The position numbers were made by a program, and so were the translations under genes. This document shows, in pieces, positions 36,060-38,303 of a stretch of DNA of 38,303 nt (positions are counted from its first letter, which is position 1; each line of letters begins with the position of its first letter). Source of the DNA: a virus; UHGV virus genome UHGV-0348957; one strand, written 5' to 3'. The notes below the pieces were generated by a model that made no database searches, had not been told where the DNA came from, and was given only the letters and a program-made list of their open reading frames with translations.

Positions 36060-37690
36060 TGGATAATAATATAGAGATTCTAAAAGAACGACTTTCCGAA
36101 CGCGTGTGGAGATTAAATCACCTTTACTGGATTATCAATAAAGAGGGCAAGATGCAAAGGTTCCAGTTGAATTGGGCCCAGCGGCGGCTTCATGAGCAGT
36201 TATGGTACAGGAATGATATTCTGAAAGCGCGCCAGCTGGGAATTTCCACGTATGTGGCCATGCTGATGCTGGACATGTGCCTGTTCCGATCCAATTTCCA
36301 TTGCGGCATCATTGATAAGACTTTGGTGGATGGGACTGGCAAGATTGGCAAAATTGAGTTGGCTTACAGGAGTTTGGATTATGTACCGGATTCTCCCACG
36401 GAAGAAGACGTTGCCCTGGCCGAATTAGGACGCCTCATTAAAGGGGAGATTCAAGCCAGACCTTCCAAAACGACGGTATCTTTTTCCAATGGGAGTAAAA
36501 TTACAGCCGGCACATCTCTCCGTGGCGGCACATTTCAGTTTTTGCATGTCTCAGAACTTGGATACGTCGCGGCCCACGCCCCTCTGCGGGCCCGCGAGAT
36601 TGTGACAGGGGCCATGAATGCCGTTTCCAAAGATGGAGTGATTGTTCGAGAATCCACCCATGAGGGAGGAAAGTTTGGCCTCAATTACGAGATGACCAAG
36701 ACGTCCATGGAAATGGTCGGCAAACATCTTTCTTCCCTGGATTGGAAGTTTTTTTTCTTCCCCTGGTGGAAAAATCCGGAGTATTTCCTTGAGGCTGATG
36801 ATGAACAGGGAGGCGGTTTTCCGGAGGATTTGCAAAAGTATTTCGAGGATTTGAGGTTAAGGTGCGGTATTTCCCTGAATGATGCCCAAAAGCGTTGGTA
36901 CGCCTCCCAATACAAAACATTTGGAGGATTGGTCCGTCAGGAATATCCCTCTACACCGGAAGAGGCGTTTCAGTCATTGGTGGAAGGGTCTATTTATGGC
37001 TCATACATTGATATGTTGAGATCCAAAGGGAGGTTGTGCGGAGAATTTGAAAAGGACGACCTGGCTCCCTATTACGTGTCCTGGGATATTGGCATGGCTG
37101 ATTATATGGTTCTCTGGCTCTGGCAGGTGAGGGGAGACGGCAAGTTTTACGTGATGGATTGCTTGCAGGCCAATGAAAAGCCCTTGGAGTGGTATATCAA
37201 TTTCATCCGAACGAAGTGGGAAGTGATGTTTGGACCCATTTACAAACATCTGGTTCCCCACGACGCAGGGAGGAGAGATCCCCACGGGATTACCTTTGAC
37301 GTGTATTTGAGGCGAGCAGGGTTCAATGTGTCCGTAGTGCCGCGCATTTCCGATGTGTGGAATGGTATTTTTGCGGTACGGCGCCTCCTGAATCATTGCA
37401 TTTTTCATGAGCGATGCTCCCGGCCCCTGAAAATTGACGGAGTGGAATATATGTCTGGCGTAAATGCCCTGGAGAATTATCAGAAGGCCCCGGCAGGAGC
37501 ACATGGTGTTGAACGGGATACCCCCCTGCATAATAGGTGTTCTCACGCAGCGGACGCCTTTAGGACATTTGCGGAAGCTTATGAAAATGGCCTTGTTGGA
37601 GCAGTTGGAGCCGTTGCCATGCCTGCACAAGCGGTAGAATCACGCCAGACACAAGGACTTGCCATAGGCGCGGATGCGCTCTTTTTCTAA
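36059..37690 (+). CDS. terL: Terminase large subunit (T4 gp17-like / Terminase_6)
   Basis: Walker A-like ARQLGISTYVAMLMLDMCLF (compare T4 [20 protein letters not shown]); Walker B-like FQFLHVSELGYV; C-terminal nuclease block SWDIGMADYMVLWLW; ATG overlaps the nozzle gene stop (TAATG). Confidence 0.8.
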   Translation: MDNNIEILKERLSERVWRLNHLYWIINKEGKMQRFQLNWAQRRLHEQLWYRNDILKARQLGISTYVAMLMLDMCLFRSNFHCGIIDKTLVDGTGKIGKIELAYRSLDYVPDSPTEEDVALAELGRLIKGEIQARPSKTTVSFSNGSKITAGTSLRGGTFQFLHVSELGYVAAHAPLRAREIVTGAMNAVSKDGVIVRESTHEGGKFGLNYEMTKTSMEMVGKHLSSLDWKFFFFPWWKNPEYFLEADDEQGGGFPEDLQKYFEDLRLRCGISLNDAQKRWYASQYKTFGGLVRQEYPSTPEEAFQSLVEGSIYGSYIDMLRSKGRLCGEFEKDDLAPYYVSWDIGMADYMVLWLWQVRGDGKFYVMDCLQANEKPLEWYINFIRTKWEVMFGPIYKHLVPHDAGRRDPHGITFDVYLRRAGFNVSVVPRISDVWNGIFAVRRLLNHCIFHERCSRPLKIDGVEYMSGVNALENYQKAPAGAHGVERDTPLHNRCSHAADAFRTFAEAYENGLVGAVGAVAMPAQAVESRQTQGLAIGADALFF

Positions 37691-37835
37691 ACTCCACCGA
37701 AAAGCCACACGTCAGCCACACGCCACAAGTACTAAACAAATATAATTTAGATGTATATACAATTTCAAAAACATTGAAATTACAATGATATAATAAAATG
37801 CTTTAGTTTACCTTAATGATAAAATCTGCCTTGTA

Positions 37836-37874
37836 AGCGGACGGTCGTCAGTTCAAATCTGACAAGCGGCTCCA
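37836..37874 (+). tRNA. tRNA (or tmRNA) 3'-end fragment: T-arm + 3' acceptor strand + CCA; probable attR core of the prophage
   Basis: GTCAG-TTCAAAT-CTGAC T-arm, then AAGCGGC-T-CCA; no complementary 5' acceptor strand (GCCGCTT) within 100 nt upstream, so this is not a complete tRNA. Confidence 0.5.
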
Positions 37875-37878
37875 TCAT

Positions 37879-37917
37879 AACCCGCTCAAGGTCAATCCTT
37901 GAGCGGGTTGCTTTTAT
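37879..37917 (+). terminator. Rho-independent terminator (host tRNA terminator)
   Basis: Perfect 13-bp stem aacccgctcaagg / ccttgagcgggtt with loop tcaat, followed by gcttttat. Confidence 0.6.
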
Positions 37918-38303
37918 GAGGCGTGCGCCATTACTCGTTCCCATGAATTTCCGGCGTGCCGCTTTTGAACATTCATCATCCATTCATATCTCCGGCGGAA
38001 TGCGGCAGCCGCAGGAAGCAAAGCGGACACAACATCTGGCAAGAGGCCATTCCACCCACGGGCATCCCCGTCAACTTCCGGCAGCGAAGGGCCATTCCCG
38101 GAGCGGGAAGAAGGTTCCGTTGGCGATAACGCCGCCTCAGCAAGCCGTTTCCCTCCTTGAATACGCCTCCATTGCCGTTTCGACCAAGGGAACCATGATT
38201 CAAACCAATGGATACTACAGAAAAAAAGATGGCCGCGGCTATCCTCCGGTTTGAAGACAGCCGCGTTACCGGGCCGGATTCCCTGCGCGTTTCCCGCCTT
38301 CCT

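Larger units (their letters stand above)
1..37874 (+). mobile_element. Prophage (temperate podovirus-like, T7-supergroup structural proteins); left end outside window, right end at tRNA/tmRNA 3'-fragment (attR-like)
   Basis: Contiguous phage modules (lysin, portal, scaffold, tail/internal proteins, CI/Cro switch, recombination, replication, methylases, terS/terL) all on + strand; ends at a tRNA 3' fragment; AT-rich accessory insertions on the - strand. Confidence 0.75.

Noticed and set aside
37785-37874. Complete tRNA gene
   Set aside because: Only the T-arm, 3' acceptor strand and CCA are present; the required 5' acceptor strand is absent, so it is called as a 3' fragment (att core) only.
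37916-38303. ORFs 37916..38254 (+) and 37976..38203 (-) in the host flank
   Set aside because: GC-rich region with no recognisable domain or start context; window end truncates the context. Left uncalled.

Overview
The window appears to be almost entirely one prophage, with all core genes on the + strand. It ends at about 37874 in a fragment of a tRNA or tmRNA 3' end (T-arm, 3' acceptor strand and CCA), which I interpret as attR, followed by a host terminator hairpin. The left end of the prophage lies beyond position 1.

The structural genes resemble T7-supergroup podoviruses but are ordered unusually. Reading left to right there is a partial GH108/PG_binding_3 endolysin, a gp8-like portal, a scaffold-like protein, a gp11-like adaptor, and gp14- and gp15-like internal proteins. 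These are followed by a 3261-aa polyvalent protein (7180-16965) carrying ParB-like, ART-like and HExxH zincin modules and a hydrophobic C-terminus. A gp12-like nozzle gene sits between terS and terL, and no major capsid gene is recognisable in the window.

A lysogeny switch lies in the middle: an HTH+S24 CI/LexA-like repressor on the - strand, divergent from an RHH Cro-like gene. Downstream come the early genes: RecT, a Cas4-like PD-(D/E)XK exonuclease, RusA, a Zn-ribbon protein, an ASCH protein, orphan Dcm and Dam methyltransferases, a replisome organizer, a DnaC-like loader and a wHTH protein. Many of these are coupled by ATGA start/stop overlaps. TerS and a T4 gp17-like TerL follow.

Two strongly AT-rich insertions carry - strand accessory genes. 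The first (16966-20770) holds a membrane protein, an ankyrin-repeat lipoprotein, a secreted Cys-rich YHYH-motif protein, a paralog of the repressor N-domain, a solitary HicA toxin, and an SDH/ClpP-like serine protease with a small basic protein. The second (32245-33230) holds a 2-TM membrane protein between terS and the nozzle gene.

A 22-bp exact repeat (TCAAGTTACGGTTGTATTCATC) sits 19-28 bp upstream of two structural genes, and its 11-bp core recurs upstream of the Cro-like gene, so it is a candidate phage promoter or regulatory element. No CRISPR array, rRNA or complete tRNA was found. Many long - strand ORFs in the track are antisense artefacts of the GC-rich coding strand.
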